Below, in pieces: positions 21,682 through 30,817 of a DNA stretch of 64,000 bases. The position numbers and the translations under genes were made by a program. Source of the DNA: Candidatus Eiseniibacteriota bacterium (GTDB taxonomy: Bacteria > Eisenbacteria > RBG-16-71-46 > CAIMUX01 > VGJL01); NCBI GenBank assembly GCA_041946735.1, contig JBHGAY010000002.1, forward strand, positions 192,001-256,000, given 5' to 3'. The notes beneath the pieces are model-generated. The model had not been told where the DNA came from. It ran no database searches and saw nothing but the letters and a program-made list of their open reading frames with translations. The first letter of the stretch is position 1; each line of letters opens with the position of its first letter.

Positions 21682-22044
21682 TCAGTCCCAGATCCCCAGG
21701 ATCGCCTTCGCCTCCTCGCTGCAGTGCTTGCGCGGGTCCCAAGGCGGCGACCAGACGATCTCGATGTCGACGTCTTCCACTCCCGGCATCCGGCGGACCG
21801 CCATCTCCGCCGCCGCGAGGATCTCCGGCCCGGCGGGGCACATCTGGCTCGTGAGGGTCATGCGGAGGTCGACCTTCCTCTTCTCGGGATCGAGCGAGAC
21901 GCCATAGACTAAGCCGAGATCGACGACCGACAGCGCGATCTCCGGATCGCAAACCGGGCGCAGCGCCTCGATCACACCTTCCTCGGTCACGGGCCAGTCG
22001 CCCGCGGCCCTCTCTTCGGCCTTCTTCCCGTCGCTCTCGCTCAT
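21682..22044 (-). CDS. sufT: DUF59/SufT Fe-S cluster assembly protein
   Basis: DPEIALSVVDLGLVY, MTLTSQMCP, VWSPPW; last gene of the suf operon. Confidence 0.88.
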   Translation of the reverse strand: MSESDGKKAEERAAGDWPVTEEGVIEALRPVCDPEIALSVVDLGLVYGVSLDPEKRKVDLRMTLTSQMCPAGPEILAAAEMAVRRMPGVEDVDIEIVWSPPWDPRKHCSEEAKAILGIWD

Positions 22045-22637
22045 GGCGTGCCTCCCGTCTCGGCCTTCCTCCCGGACTCTGAATCGGACTCTGCGCCTTC
22101 CCCCTCCGTCGTCGTCGTCGCCTTCGTCGCTCCCGCCGCCTTCGCCGCTCCCGCGGCCTTCGCACCGGGTCGCGCCTTTCCCTCCTGCGCCCTTGCCTCC
22201 GCCCAGGTCGCGATCGCTTCCTTCACCGTCATCCAGGGCAGCAGCGCGCACTTCACGCGCACGGGGAACTTCGCCACCCCGCGCAGCGCCTCCAGATCTC
22301 CGAGGTCGAGATCGTCCGGCGGGGCCGCGCCATGGATCAGCTCGCGGAACACCTCGGTGAGCCGCTCGATCTCCTCCGGATCGCGGTCGCGCAGCAACTC
22401 GGAAAGCATCGATCCCGACGCGACGCTGATCGCGCAGCCACGGCACCGGATCTGCGCTGCGTGCACCTTGCCGGCGTCGATCTCGAGCGCAACGTGCACC
22501 TCGTCGCCGCAGATCGGATTGAACCCATCCTGCTCCACGTCGGCGCGCGCGACAGCCTCCCGCCCCCGCGGGCTGCGGTAGTGGTCGAGCACGACGTCGC
22601 GGTACAGATCGTCAAGCTCTGCGAATGGTTTGTCCAA
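22041..22637 (-). CDS. sufU: SUF system NifU-like protein SufU
   Basis: LYRDVVLDHY, NPICGD, GCAISVAS, FPVRVKCA; low-complexity C-terminal tail. Confidence 0.92.
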   Translation of the reverse strand: MDKPFAELDDLYRDVVLDHYRSPRGREAVARADVEQDGFNPICGDEVHVALEIDAGKVHAAQIRCRGCAISVASGSMLSELLRDRDPEEIERLTEVFRELIHGAAPPDDLDLGDLEALRGVAKFPVRVKCALLPWMTVKEAIATWAEARAQEGKARPGAKAAGAAKAAGATKATTTTEGEGAESDSESGRKAETGGTP

Positions 22638-23994
22638 AGTAGGACTGCGCCTCCTTCAGCGCCTCGAACAGCTCGTCGACGTCGGAACGATCGTTGTAAA
22701 TGTAGAAGCTCGCGCGCGCGGTCGCCGGGACGCCGAGCCGCCGCATCAGCGGCTGCGCGCAATGGTGCCCGGCGCGCACCGCGATCCCCCGCAGATCGAG
22801 CATGGTGGCGAGATCGTGCGGGTGCACCGTTTCGTCCCAGAATGAGACGACCCCGGTGCGCTCCTCCGGATTCGGCGGCCCGAAGATGCGGACCCCGGGG
22901 AGCGATCCGACCCGCTCCATCGCATAGCCGAGCAGATCGATCTCGTGCTGCCGCACGCGCTCCATGCCGATCGCGCCGAGGTAGTCGATCGCCCCGCCGA
23001 ACGCGACGACCCCCTCGATGTTCGGCGTGCCGGCCTCGTGCTTCCACGGCACCTCGTTCCAGGTCGCCCGGTCGAGACGCACCTCGCGGATCATTTCCCC
23101 GCCGCCGAGCATCGGCTCCGCTTCCTCGAGCAGCTCAGGCCTTCCCCAGAGGATCCCGACGCCGGTCGGTCCCAGCATCTTGTGCGCGGAGAACGCGAGG
23201 AAGTCCGCTCCGAGAGCGGGCCCGTCGACCGGCAGGTGCGGCACGCTCTGCGCCCCGTCCACGAGCACCTTGACGCCGCGGTCGTGCGCGAGGCGCGCGA
23301 TGTCGGCGATCGGGTTGATCGTCCCCAGGACGTTGGAAGCGTGCGTCAGCGAGAGAATGCGCGTCCGCGGCGTCAGCATCTCGTCGAGGCTTTCGAGACG
23401 GAGCCGGCCTTCGTCGTCGATCGGCAGATGACGGAGGACCGCTCCGGTACGGCCCGCGAGCTGGATCCACGGGACGAGATTGGCGTGGTGCTCCATTTCG
23501 GTCAGAAGCACTTCGTCCCCGGGCCGGATCCTCGGCTCCACCCACGAGCGGACAACCATGTTGATCGCCTCGGTCGCGTTGCGCGTGAAGACGACACCGT
23601 AGGGATCGAGGCCGCCGAGGAAGGCGCCGACCTTTCCGCGCACCGCCTCGTACGCTTCGGTCGCCTCGTTCGCGAGCGTGTGGATTCCGCGGTGGACGTT
23701 CGCGTTCTTCCTCTCGTAATACTCCTGGATCGCGCGGAGGACGAAGTTCGGCTTCTGCGTCGTCGCCGCATTGTCCAGGTAGACGAGGCGGCGATCGTTC
23801 ACCTCGCGCGCAAGGATCGGGAACTCCTTGCGGATCTTCGCGACGTCGAGCCCGCCTCCCGGCCTGCTCCCATGCGCCTCGCCGAGGCCGGGCGCGGGCG
23901 TCTTCGACTGCGCCTCCGCCGGCGTCTTCACCGATCCCCTTCCCGCCGGCTTCGCCGCCGCATCTCTGCTCTCACGATTCGCGCGCAGCGCCAT
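22612..23994 (-). CDS. sufS: Cysteine desulfurase SufS
   Basis: YLDNAATTQKP, ANVHRG, SAHKMLGPTG (PLP Lys), RAGHHCAQP. Confidence 0.96.
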   Translation of the reverse strand: MALRANRESRDAAAKPAGRGSVKTPAEAQSKTPAPGLGEAHGSRPGGGLDVAKIRKEFPILAREVNDRRLVYLDNAATTQKPNFVLRAIQEYYERKNANVHRGIHTLANEATEAYEAVRGKVGAFLGGLDPYGVVFTRNATEAINMVVRSWVEPRIRPGDEVLLTEMEHHANLVPWIQLAGRTGAVLRHLPIDDEGRLRLESLDEMLTPRTRILSLTHASNVLGTINPIADIARLAHDRGVKVLVDGAQSVPHLPVDGPALGADFLAFSAHKMLGPTGVGILWGRPELLEEAEPMLGGGEMIREVRLDRATWNEVPWKHEAGTPNIEGVVAFGGAIDYLGAIGMERVRQHEIDLLGYAMERVGSLPGVRIFGPPNPEERTGVVSFWDETVHPHDLATMLDLRGIAVRAGHHCAQPLMRRLGVPATARASFYIYNDRSDVDELFEALKEAQSYFGQTIRRA

Positions 23995-23996
23995 GC

Positions 23997-24344
23997 TCAG
24001 TCCTCCTCGTCCTCGTCGTCGTCGTCCTCGATCCCGACCAGGATCGATCCCTCCTCGTCGACCTTCACCGGGAAGGTCCGCACCGGGACGACGGCGGGCA
24101 GACGCACGACCGCCCCGCTGCGCACGTCGAACTGCGCGCCGTGCCGGGGGCACTCGATGACCGGACCGTCGAGGATCTCGATCCCGAACGGGCTTCCATC
24201 GTGCGTGCAAACGTCCTCGATCGCGTAGATCGAGCCTTCCACGTTGCAGAGGACGATCCGCTCTCCGCCCGCGCGGACGACGCGCGTCTCGCCGACCGGG
24301 ATCTCGGAGACGCGGGCGACCGGAACGAACGTTTCCGCCGTCAT
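23997..24344 (-). CDS. Rieske-type [2Fe-2S] ferredoxin
   Basis: CTH...CPRHGAQFD motif; acidic tail. Confidence 0.92.
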   Translation of the reverse strand: MTAETFVPVARVSEIPVGETRVVRAGGERIVLCNVEGSIYAIEDVCTHDGSPFGIEILDGPVIECPRHGAQFDVRSGAVVRLPAVVPVRTFPVKVDEEGSILVGIEDDDDEDEED

Positions 24345-25561
24345 CGGGAAAGCCCTCCGAGCCGGCGCGACGTCTCCTCGCGCAGCGAATCGGCGACGGT
24401 CCCGGGGATCTGCGAAAGCGTCTGCTCGAGGAAGCCGCCGACCACGATCCGCATCGCGTCGGCGTGGGCGAGCCCGCGCGAGTTCAGGTAGAAGAGCTGG
24501 TCGGGGTCCACCGGTCCGACCGCCGCGCCGTGCTTGCACCGCACCTCGTCGGTCAGGATCTCCAGCTCGGGGATCGACTCGGCCCTGCTCTCTTCGGACA
24601 GCAGAAGGTTCTTGTTTTCCTGATACGCCTCGCAATGCGGCGCGTTCTTGGCGATCCGGATCAAGCCGGTGTAGGCGGAGCGGGCGCGATCGGCGAGGGC
24701 GACGCGGAAGTCGATGTCGCTGAACGTCCGCGGAGCCACGTGATCGTGGACCGTGTGATGGTCGGCGCGCTGCCGCCCGTCCCCGTACACGACCCCGGTC
24801 ATCCGGCTCTCCGCCCCTTCGCCCGCCAGATCGACACGGAGATCGGCCTTGTACAATCCGGCGCCGAACGACGCGATCGCCATCTGCAGGCGCGCCTCGC
24901 GATCGAGCCGGGCGCGTACCGTCCGGTGCGAGACCACCTTCTTCCCGACATGCTGGATCGGCGCGTAGCGGACCTGCCCGCCGGGCGCGACGAACAGCTC
25001 CGTGACCTCGTTCACGATCGCGCCGGCGCCGCTGCCGTCCGGGCCCCGGGACTCCTCGACGATCGTGACGCTCGCGTCCTCTTCGACCACGATCAGGTTG
25101 CGAACGGCGCGGAACCCCTTGGCGCCCGCCAGCGTCGTCAGGATCCGGATCGGCACCTCGACCTGCGCGCCCCGCGGGATCTTCACGAAATGTCCCGCCG
25201 ACCAGAGCGAGGCGTTGAGCGACTCGGGCCGCCCGAAGGCGGCCGGCACGAGCCGGCCGAAGATCGAGGCGACCTGCTCGGGAAGAGCCTCCGCCGCCTG
25301 CCACAGCGGCAGGACGAGGACGCCGACGGCACGAGCCGCCTCGTCCGCCTCGACGACCGTTTCGAGGTCGAGCCGCGGAGGGCCGCCGTCCGACGCCGAG
25401 ACGATCTCGGGAGGTACGACCTCGGTCGGATCCGTGTAGCGCCACAGGTGCTGCGCCCGGTCGGGCAGCGGGACGTGCGCGAGCGCCTCCCGTCCCTCCA
25501 GGCGGATCGTTTCGATCAGCGCCGCTCCGCGCGGCGTGGCCTTCTCGTTCGTCGCCGGCAT
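24341..25561 (-). CDS. sufD: Fe-S cluster assembly protein SufD
   Basis: WRYT, NLLLS, PELEILTDEVRCKHGAAVG, LFYLNSRGL; TGATG coupling to sufB. Confidence 0.92.
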   Translation of the reverse strand: MPATNEKATPRGAALIETIRLEGREALAHVPLPDRAQHLWRYTDPTEVVPPEIVSASDGGPPRLDLETVVEADEAARAVGVLVLPLWQAAEALPEQVASIFGRLVPAAFGRPESLNASLWSAGHFVKIPRGAQVEVPIRILTTLAGAKGFRAVRNLIVVEEDASVTIVEESRGPDGSGAGAIVNEVTELFVAPGGQVRYAPIQHVGKKVVSHRTVRARLDREARLQMAIASFGAGLYKADLRVDLAGEGAESRMTGVVYGDGRQRADHHTVHDHVAPRTFSDIDFRVALADRARSAYTGLIRIAKNAPHCEAYQENKNLLLSEESRAESIPELEILTDEVRCKHGAAVGPVDPDQLFYLNSRGLAHADAMRIVVGGFLEQTLSQIPGTVADSLREETSRRLGGLSR

Positions 25562-27003
25562 CAACCCACCGATCCTTCCATCTCCATCTCGATGAGACGG
25601 TTCAGCTCGACCGCGTACTCCATCGGAAGCTCCTTCGTGAACGCCTCGATGAAGCCGTTGACGATCAGCGTCCGCGACATCTGCTCGGAGAGGCCGCGGC
25701 TCATGAGGTAGAAGATCTGCTCGTCGCCGATCTTCGAGATCCTCGCCTCGTGCTCGATCCGCACGCGATCCTCGTCGATCTCCATCGTCGGATAGGTGTC
25801 GGAGCGCGACTCCGGATCGAGCAGGAGCGCGTCGCACTGCACGCTCACCTTGCAGCCGACCGCCCCCTTGTGGACCTTGGCCAGTCCGCGGTAGGAGGCG
25901 CGCCCGCCGTCCTTCGAGATCGACTTCGACGTGACGGTGCTGCTCGTGCGCGGCGCGACGTGGACCACCTTCGCGCCGGCGTCCTGGTGCTGCCCCTTGC
26001 CGGCGAACGCGACGGAGAGGATCTCGCCACGCGCCCCTTCTCCGAGCAGGTAGACCGCCGGGTACTTCATCGTCAGGCGCGAGCCGATGTTGCCGTCGAC
26101 CCACTCGACCACCGCGTTCTTGTGCGCGACCGCCCGCTTCGTCACGAGATTGAAGATGTTGTTCGCCCAGTTCTGGATCGTCGTATAGCGGATGTAGGCG
26201 TCGTCGAGGGCGATCAGCTCCACGACCGCCGAGTGCAGCGAGTTCGTCGAGTAGATCGGCGCCGTGCATCCCTCGATGTAGTGCACGCGCGAACCGCGAT
26301 CGGCGATGATCAGCGTTCTCTCGAACTGGCCCATGTTCTCCGCGTTGATGCGGAAGTACGCCTGGAGCGGGATCTCCACCTTCGTGTCGGGCGGGACGTA
26401 GATGAACGATCCGCCCGACCAGACGGCGCTGTTCAAGGCGGCGAACTTGTTGTCGTTCGGCGGGATCACCGTGGCGAAGTACTTCTGGACGATTTCCGGG
26501 TGCTCGCGCAGTCCGGAATCCATGTCCATGAAGATCACGCCTTGCTTCGTCAAGCTCTCTTGAACCGAGTGATAGACGACCTCCGACTCGTACTGAGCGG
26601 AGACGCCGGCCAGGAACTTGCGCTCCGCCTCCGGAATGCCGAGACGATCGAACGTCTTCTTGATGTTCTCCGGGACCTCGTCCCAGCTCCGTCCCTGCTC
26701 GGCAATCGGCTTGATGTAGTAATAGATGTTGTCGAAGTCGATCGACTGGAGAAGCTCCGTGTTGCCCCAGGTCGGCATCGGCTTTGCCAGGAAGATGTCC
26801 AGCGCGTCGTGGCGGAACCGGCGCATCCATTCCGGCTCCTTCTTCATGCGCGAGATCATCTCGACCACTTCGTGATCGATCCCCTTCTTCCCCTTGTGGA
26901 AGTACTCTTCGGGATCGTGAAAGCCCCACTTCTCGGCGTAGTCGCCGCGAATGTCCAGCTTCTCGCGCGGCCCCTTGCCCGCTTCGGTCGCCCGGTCCGC
27001 CAT
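25561..27003 (-). CDS. sufB: Fe-S cluster assembly protein SufB
   Basis: [45 protein letters not shown]. Confidence 0.97.
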   Translation of the reverse strand: MADRATEAGKGPREKLDIRGDYAEKWGFHDPEEYFHKGKKGIDHEVVEMISRMKKEPEWMRRFRHDALDIFLAKPMPTWGNTELLQSIDFDNIYYYIKPIAEQGRSWDEVPENIKKTFDRLGIPEAERKFLAGVSAQYESEVVYHSVQESLTKQGVIFMDMDSGLREHPEIVQKYFATVIPPNDNKFAALNSAVWSGGSFIYVPPDTKVEIPLQAYFRINAENMGQFERTLIIADRGSRVHYIEGCTAPIYSTNSLHSAVVELIALDDAYIRYTTIQNWANNIFNLVTKRAVAHKNAVVEWVDGNIGSRLTMKYPAVYLLGEGARGEILSVAFAGKGQHQDAGAKVVHVAPRTSSTVTSKSISKDGGRASYRGLAKVHKGAVGCKVSVQCDALLLDPESRSDTYPTMEIDEDRVRIEHEARISKIGDEQIFYLMSRGLSEQMSRTLIVNGFIEAFTKELPMEYAVELNRLIEMEMEGSVG

Positions 27004-27008
27004 TGGCT

Positions 27009-27827
27009 CTATGCCTCCTTGCCCTGCGCGCGCGTCTCCGATGGCGCGGGCGCCTGGCTCTTCTCGATCCAGTCGTAGCCGAGCTCCTCCAGCTTGCCGA
27101 CCAGCTCGGGGCCGCCCGATTCGACGATCCTTCCCTCCATCAGCACGTGAACCGTGTGAGGCTGGACGTAGTTGAGGAGCCTCTGGTAGTGCGTGACGAG
27201 GAAGAGGCCGGTGTCGCTGCCGCAAACGGCGTTGATTCCGTTCGCGACGGTGCGCAGCGCGTCGATGTCCAGGCCCGAGTCGGTCTCGTCGAGCAGCGCG
27301 ACGCGCGGCTTCAGCAGCGCCATCTGGAGGATCTCCACCCGCTTCTTCTCCCCGCCCGAGAAGCCGTCGTTCAGCGACCGCGCCGCGAATGACGGCTCGA
27401 CGTCGAGCAGCTCGAAGGCGGCGTTCATCTCCTTGCGAAACTCCCGGATCGGCACCTCGACGCCCCGTCGAGCGTTGACCGCGGCGCGAAGGACGTTCGC
27501 GACGCTGACCCCCGGGATCGCGACCGGATACTGGAATCCGAGGAAGAGGCCACGGCGCGCTCGCTCGTCAGCCGGCATCGCGGTGATGTCCGCGCCGTCC
27601 ATGAGGACCCGGCCGCCCGTGATCGGATAGCTGGGATGCCCCATCAGGGCGGAGACGAGCGTGCTCTTCCCCGATCCGTTCGGACCCATCAGCGCGATCT
27701 TCTCCCCCGCGCGGATCTCGAACGACACGCCCCGAACGACCTCCCTGCCCGCGACGGCGACGCGGAGGTCCTCGCACACGAAGATCGGGCCCTGCTTCGC
27801 CTGATCCTGATCCATCGCTTCGGTCAT
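27009..27827 (-). CDS. sufC: Fe-S cluster assembly ATPase SufC
   Basis: [46 protein letters not shown]. Confidence 0.97.
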   Translation of the reverse strand: MTEAMDQDQAKQGPIFVCEDLRVAVAGREVVRGVSFEIRAGEKIALMGPNGSGKSTLVSALMGHPSYPITGGRVLMDGADITAMPADERARRGLFLGFQYPVAIPGVSVANVLRAAVNARRGVEVPIREFRKEMNAAFELLDVEPSFAARSLNDGFSGGEKKRVEILQMALLKPRVALLDETDSGLDIDALRTVANGINAVCGSDTGLFLVTHYQRLLNYVQPHTVHVLMEGRIVESGGPELVGKLEELGYDWIEKSQAPAPSETRAQGKEA

Positions 27828-28531
27828 CCTCTCCCCGGCCCGCGGCCGGCTTGCGCCTTCTGTTTCCGTTCGGCCGTCTTCCGCACCGTCCTCTTCGTCC
27901 CCTTGGTCCCCTTCGCCCTCTCGGTCCCTTTCGCCCTCTCGGTCCCCTTCGCCCTCTCGGTCCCTTTCGCCCTCTCGGTCCCCTTCCGTCCCTCTCCCGG
28001 CGCCGGGGCCGGCGTCAGCGTCGCCGCGGCGGCAGCCGGCCGCTGTGGCAACAGTCGCGTCTGCATCTCCCCCTCGGCGTCCCAGGTCATCTCGAGGCGG
28101 GTGCGCGCGATCCCTTCGTTCGCGAGAAGGTCGGCGAGCGTGACCCGGGCCAGGGCGTTGCGCATGAGATCCTCGAGCGCGACCCAGAGCGACCGGACCG
28201 AGCAATCCTGGGTTCGAACGCAGACCGTCCCCAGGCCCGAGAAGCTCGTGCAATCGCCATGGTCGAACATCGGACCGTCGAGCGCGGCGAGCGCCTGGAA
28301 GAGAGTGATGTCCTGTGCGGGACGAGCCAGGGTATAGCCACCCGAGCGCCCGCGCTCGCTCGTCACCATCCCCGCGAGGCGGAGCCTGCGCAGGAGCTTC
28401 GCGGTATTCGGCAAGGGCATCCCCTCCGCAGCCGCGATTTCGGCAAGGGTCAGCCCCTTGTCGCCGTTTGCGACGCGCGCGAGCTGCAGAAGGCAGCGCA
28501 GTCCGTACTCCTCGCTGTGGGTGACCCTCAT
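27824..28531 (-). CDS. Rrf2 family transcriptional regulator (IscR-like) with a basic repetitive tail
   Basis: EEYGLRCL, SERGRSGGY.LA, three Cys (C-x9-C-x5-C); heads the suf operon. Confidence 0.9.
   Translation of the reverse strand: MRVTHSEEYGLRCLLQLARVANGDKGLTLAEIAAAEGMPLPNTAKLLRRLRLAGMVTSERGRSGGYTLARPAQDITLFQALAALDGPMFDHGDCTSFSGLGTVCVRTQDCSVRSLWVALEDLMRNALARVTLADLLANEGIARTRLEMTWDAEGEMQTRLLPQRPAAAAATLTPAPAPGEGRKGTERAKGTERAKGTERAKGTERAKGTKGTKRTVRKTAERKQKAQAGRGPGRG
27905..27986. repeat. 18-bp tandem repeat encoding (KGTERA)n in the Rrf2 tail
   Basis: ggtccc(c/t)ttcgccctctc, about 4.5 copies. Confidence 0.9.
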
Positions 28532-28664
28532 GGCTCCCCTGGCCCTGGTTCCAAGCCTTTTGCGAATCGGATGGTCGGCGTCTCGGCCGTTGGGCCGTCC
28601 CCGTTCGCCGGCCCCCGAGTTCGTTCCCGAGCGCCCTGGCGTCGGGGCGAAGCGCCCCTCGAGC

Positions 28665-28699
28665 AACATGGCAAATGTGGACTCAGAAGTCAAGTATTT
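28665..28699 (-). promoter_or_regulatory. Putative sigma70 promoter of the suf operon overlapped by an Rrf2/IscR-like operator
   Basis: Minus strand TTGACT-17 nt-CATGTT with extended TG; imperfect dyad AAATACTTGACT-TCTG-AGTCCACATTT in an AT-rich patch. Confidence 0.6.
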
Positions 28700-28877
28700 G
28701 AGGGAGGACGAAAGTCGGGCAGGAAGCGGAGTGGACGCGGGGCGGGGGTGGAGACGTGGGTGCAGACGGGGCGGAGACGGGGGAGCGGGGCGGAACCGAT
28801 CCCGGGTCTTGCCCCGCTCCCCCGCTACTGCCGCTGTTTCCTCGGTGAGCGCTTCTGGTGAGAGCTTCCCCCTTCCG

Positions 28878-29645
28878 CTACCGCCCGCGCATCTGGATGA
28901 CGGCCAGGACGGCGCCGGCGGGATCGGCGAAAACGCAGAAGCGCCCCACATCGGGAATGTCGGTCGGCTCGACGTACACCTTGCCGCCCAGTTCCCGGAC
29001 CTTCCGCGCGATCGAGTCGGCATCGCCCACCATGACGTAGGGCAGCCAGTGGGGTGGCACGTCCGCCTGCTGCGGCGACATCGCCATCATCCCGCCCACC
29101 GATCGTCCGCTCACCTGGAACTCCGTGTACCGGTGCTCCGGATCCTCCTTCAACCCCCAGCCGAGGAGCTTCGTGTAGAACTGTCCCGCCTGCGCCGTGT
29201 CCCGTGTGGCCAGCTCGCTCCAGCCGAACGGCCCGTTCTTCGACGTGCCGGGATGCTTGTCGAAGTGCGCGAGCGAGATCACGGCGCCGGTCGGATCGCG
29301 CAGGACGGAGATACGCCCGACCTCGGGAACTTCCATCGGCTCGGCGAGGATCTTCGCTCCCAACTCCGCCGCCCGCCGCGTCGTCTCGTCGATGTTCTCG
29401 ACGGAGACATAGGTCATCCAGTGCGAAGGGACCCCTTCGTACTGCGGGCCGGAGAGCTGATAGAGCCCCGCGACGCTCTCGCCGGCCGATTTCAGGATGG
29501 TGTAGCTTCCGCCTCCCTCGGGCATCGGCATGTCGTCCGCCTGCCAGCCGAAGAGGTGCTCGTAGAACGGCTTTGACTTCGAGGCATCGGTCGATCCGCA
29601 CTCGAACCAGCAGAACGTTCCGGGGGGATGATTGAGAGCCGCCAT
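28878..29645 (-). CDS. VOC/glyoxalase family protein with two domains (Cfp30B-like)
   Basis: PGTFCWFE..FYEHLFGW, HWMTYVSV, DPTGA, repeated in the second half; GGAGG RBS. Confidence 0.9.
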   Translation of the reverse strand: MAALNHPPGTFCWFECGSTDASKSKPFYEHLFGWQADDMPMPEGGGSYTILKSAGESVAGLYQLSGPQYEGVPSHWMTYVSVENIDETTRRAAELGAKILAEPMEVPEVGRISVLRDPTGAVISLAHFDKHPGTSKNGPFGWSELATRDTAQAGQFYTKLLGWGLKEDPEHRYTEFQVSGRSVGGMMAMSPQQADVPPHWLPYVMVGDADSIARKVRELGGKVYVEPTDIPDVGRFCVFADPAGAVLAVIQMRGR

Positions 29646-29797
29646 GGCAACCTCCGATCGAACTACGCATCGATCTTTCCTGAATTCATCTTTCCGGCCG
29701 CGCCAGTCAATCGAGGCGCCGGCGTTGCCGGGCAAACGGGGGAGTGTACTGCCGGGGCGGGGATTGTCTACAGGAGGAGTTGCGGGCGAGGAGGTGC

Positions 29798-30817
29798 TCA
29801 GCGCCCTTCCGCGCGCTGGGCGAGTGCCGTCCGGAGGAACGGGAGCCCCAAGATCCCGGGAAGCCAGTAGCCGCCGAGGGAATAGAGGATGCCGACGCCG
29901 AGCGAGACGGCGGAGGCGGAAACGGGGGCCATGAGGCGGATGAGCGCCGCATCCCGCGTCCCCATTCCCGCGAGCGTCACGGGAAGCAGGCCGACGAAGA
30001 TGGCGGCGGGCAGGGCGGCCAGCACCGGACCGAACGGCGTGGGGCCGCGGAGGCTCACGTAGAAGAGCCAGGTCTGCACGACGCTCGCGAGCCAGTTCGC
30101 GAGCGTCAACAGCAGCACCGGCGCGAGCAGGGCGGGCCGCCCGAGCAGGAGGCGGAGCGCTTGCAGGAGCCGGTCCACCTTCGGCCGCAGCTTGCGTGGG
30201 ACCGGCAGGCGGATCGTCAGAAGCGCGACGGTCCCGGCCAGACCGAGGACGAAGAGGCCCCCGGAGGCGAGCGCCAGCGTGTTCCATCCGCGCATCCAGG
30301 AGCCCGCGAGGCAGAAGGCGAGGAGAGTCAGGACGTCGAGGAGCCTCTCGGCCAGCACCGAACCGAGAACCGTGCTGACCGGCGCGCGGCCTCGCAGGAA
30401 GTACGCCTTCGCGAGATCGCTCCCTTTGGAGGGAGTGAAGACGGCGAGCGTGTTGCAGGCCATGATCAGCGAGAACGCCTGGCGGCCGGGGATCGGATGG
30501 CCGAGGGCGTCCATCATCCTCTGCCAGCGCCAGGCGGAGAAGACGGGGAAGGTGGCGGTCAGCAGCAGTCCGGCGATCAACGGAGCGAGGCGCGCCGAGC
30601 CGAGCAGCTCGAAGACGCGCGAGAACGAGACGTTGCGGAAGAGCAGGTAGAAGACGAGCAGAGTGACCAGGACGAGGACGGCCATCCGCACGACGTCGCG
30701 AAGGCTCGAGCGAATTCCGGGCGGCGGCGGAGTCTCGGGGACGCTGGATGGCGCGGCCGCCGGCGGCCGCGTCGCAGGCGCCGCACCGTCTCGCGTCGCG
30801 CCCGGCGATCCGCTCAC
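29798..30817 (-). CDS. Lysylphosphatidylglycerol-synthase-TM / flippase-like membrane protein (UPF0104)
   Basis: AWRW, TPSKGSDLAKAY, ERLLDVL, LPVTLAGMGTRD; GTGA overlap with the upstream gene. Confidence 0.82.
   Translation of the reverse strand: MSGSPGATRDGAAPATRPPAAAPSSVPETPPPPGIRSSLRDVVRMAVLVLVTLLVFYLLFRNVSFSRVFELLGSARLAPLIAGLLLTATFPVFSAWRWQRMMDALGHPIPGRQAFSLIMACNTLAVFTPSKGSDLAKAYFLRGRAPVSTVLGSVLAERLLDVLTLLAFCLAGSWMRGWNTLALASGGLFVLGLAGTVALLTIRLPVPRKLRPKVDRLLQALRLLLGRPALLAPVLLLTLANWLASVVQTWLFYVSLRGPTPFGPVLAALPAAIFVGLLPVTLAGMGTRDAALIRLMAPVSASAVSLGVGILYSLGGYWLPGILGLPFLRTALAQRAEGR

Noticed and set aside
24341..26929. 862-aa apparent SufB-SufD fusion or frameshift
   Set aside because: sufB and sufD are separate, TGATG-coupled genes; the extension is off-frame GC-rich sequence.
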